Source of the DNA: Hyphochytrium catenoides
Taxonomy: Eukaryota > Protista > Hyphochytriomycota
Assembly: GCA_900088475.1 (NCBI GenBank)
Contig: FLMG01003780.1
Span: 16,685 to 80,672, forward strand
Reading direction: 5' to 3'
Length of the DNA stretch: 63,988 bases
This document shows, piece by piece, positions 63,101 through 63,988 of this stretch; the first letter of the stretch is position 1; the number at the start of each line of letters is the position of its first letter. The position numbers and the translations under genes were made by a program. A model generated the notes under the pieces. The model searched no databases. It was not told the origin of the DNA and saw only the letters and a list, made by a program, of their open reading frames with translations.

Positions 63101-63988
63101 TGCCTCTCCGACGGGCGGCATGGCGGTGGACGGAGACAGAGGCTTGCTTAAAAGAGAGGGAGGAGGAAGAAGAAGAAGCAGTATGCCCACCATCTCTAAG
63201 ATATCTGCCTCTCTGATAGCGGGCAAGCATATTCTTCAGACCTTTCTCAAGCGCAAAAAGAAGAAGAAGGTGGACGGAGAGATTGGCTTTGTGATTCCAT
63301 CCGCGATATCTTTCTCTCGACCTCCGAACAGAGGTCGACTGTCTCTCTTCCTGGTCCTGGGCGCCGGAATGGCCTCTGCTCTCTCTCTCTTCTGCATCAT
63401 CATCTTCTTCTCTCTCCAATATCCTGGCTCCCATCCTTTTTATGAGGAAGAAGAGCAAGATGGTGCGAGTTCTTGGTCTAGTTCTGCAGCGTGGAGAAAG
63501 GATGCCCAGTCCGCCTTTGCCATTCTGTCTCTCTGTCTCGCCATCATCGGCACCGTTGCCCCAAGAATAGGAAGAGAGAGAAACGCGAAGCTGATGAAGA
63601 TGGCTCTCTCTTCCTTTGACTTTGTCTTCATCTCCTTCCAGACCACTGTTTTCTGCCTCATTCACTCTGCACTCTCCTCTTCCGTTTCCACGGATGTCGC
63701 TGGCTTGAAAGAAGAGACACAGACCGTGGTGTTCTCTCTCTGGCTGGTGGTTCACACGGCGCTTCTTACAGACTCTCTCCTCGTCCTGCATGAGAGAGTC
63801 TTGTTGAAGCGAATCTATGCAGGCACTTTGTGGCTCTCTCTCCTCGCTTATCAGCTATGGGCTCTTTATGAGCTCACAGGTTCCACTTTCTCTTCTGAAG
63901 GCAACGGAGCTGAAGAGGTGTTAATCTCTCTTCCTTCCAATTTGGCGTCTCTCTTATCCCTAGTGACTTCAGAGGAGGGAGATACAGC
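60131..63988 (+). CDS. Large polytopic membrane protein with two related multi-TM modules separated by a long Ser/Pro-rich loop (partial at 3' end)
   Basis: Open frame from 60131 to the N gap (62683-62743). After the gap a frame starting at 62745 (AGDTESVTERG...) stays open to the window end and encodes a second hydrophobic module. The apparent frame offset falls inside the gap. Confidence 0.75.

Noticed and set aside
1-63988. Alternative genetic code or non-canonical introns
   Set aside because: The exon chains I traced work with GT-AG introns and the standard code; TAG, TAA and TGA all act as stops.

Overview
Eukaryotic nuclear DNA, intron-rich, with canonical GT-AG introns, many (GA/CT)n microsatellites and several N gaps. 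Gene content and style suggest a protist or alga, possibly a stramenopile, but the lineage cannot be fixed from this window. The ORF track fragments the genes, so I rebuilt exon chains by hand and checked splice phase for most junctions. About 16 genes are supported. In order they are: an ARM-like protein truncated at the window start; a MYND zinc finger + Aha1_N co-chaperone with a Cdc37-like motif; a ~1,225-aa MAPKK with two B-boxes; an acidic hypothetical protein; mitoribosomal mL49; a PAM2 protein; an intronless VOC/glyoxalase; VPS8; WDR77/MEP50-like; QNG1; CDT1; PhoD; a Ctr copper transporter with a Cys/Met-repeat ectodomain; a ~1,140-aa fusion of EEF1AKMT4/METTL13-type methyltransferase + CS + SKICH-like + UBE3D(HECT_2); a divergent P-loop GTPase-like protein; and an internally duplicated polytopic membrane protein truncated at the window end. 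The strongest novelty candidates are the methyltransferase-E3 ligase fusion, the B-box-MAPKK and the Cdc37-motif/MYND/Aha1 protein. A visible abundance of TAG/CTA hints at CHG-type methylation decay but was not counted. No rRNA, tRNA or CRISPR array was seen. All family assignments come from recalled motifs, not database searches.
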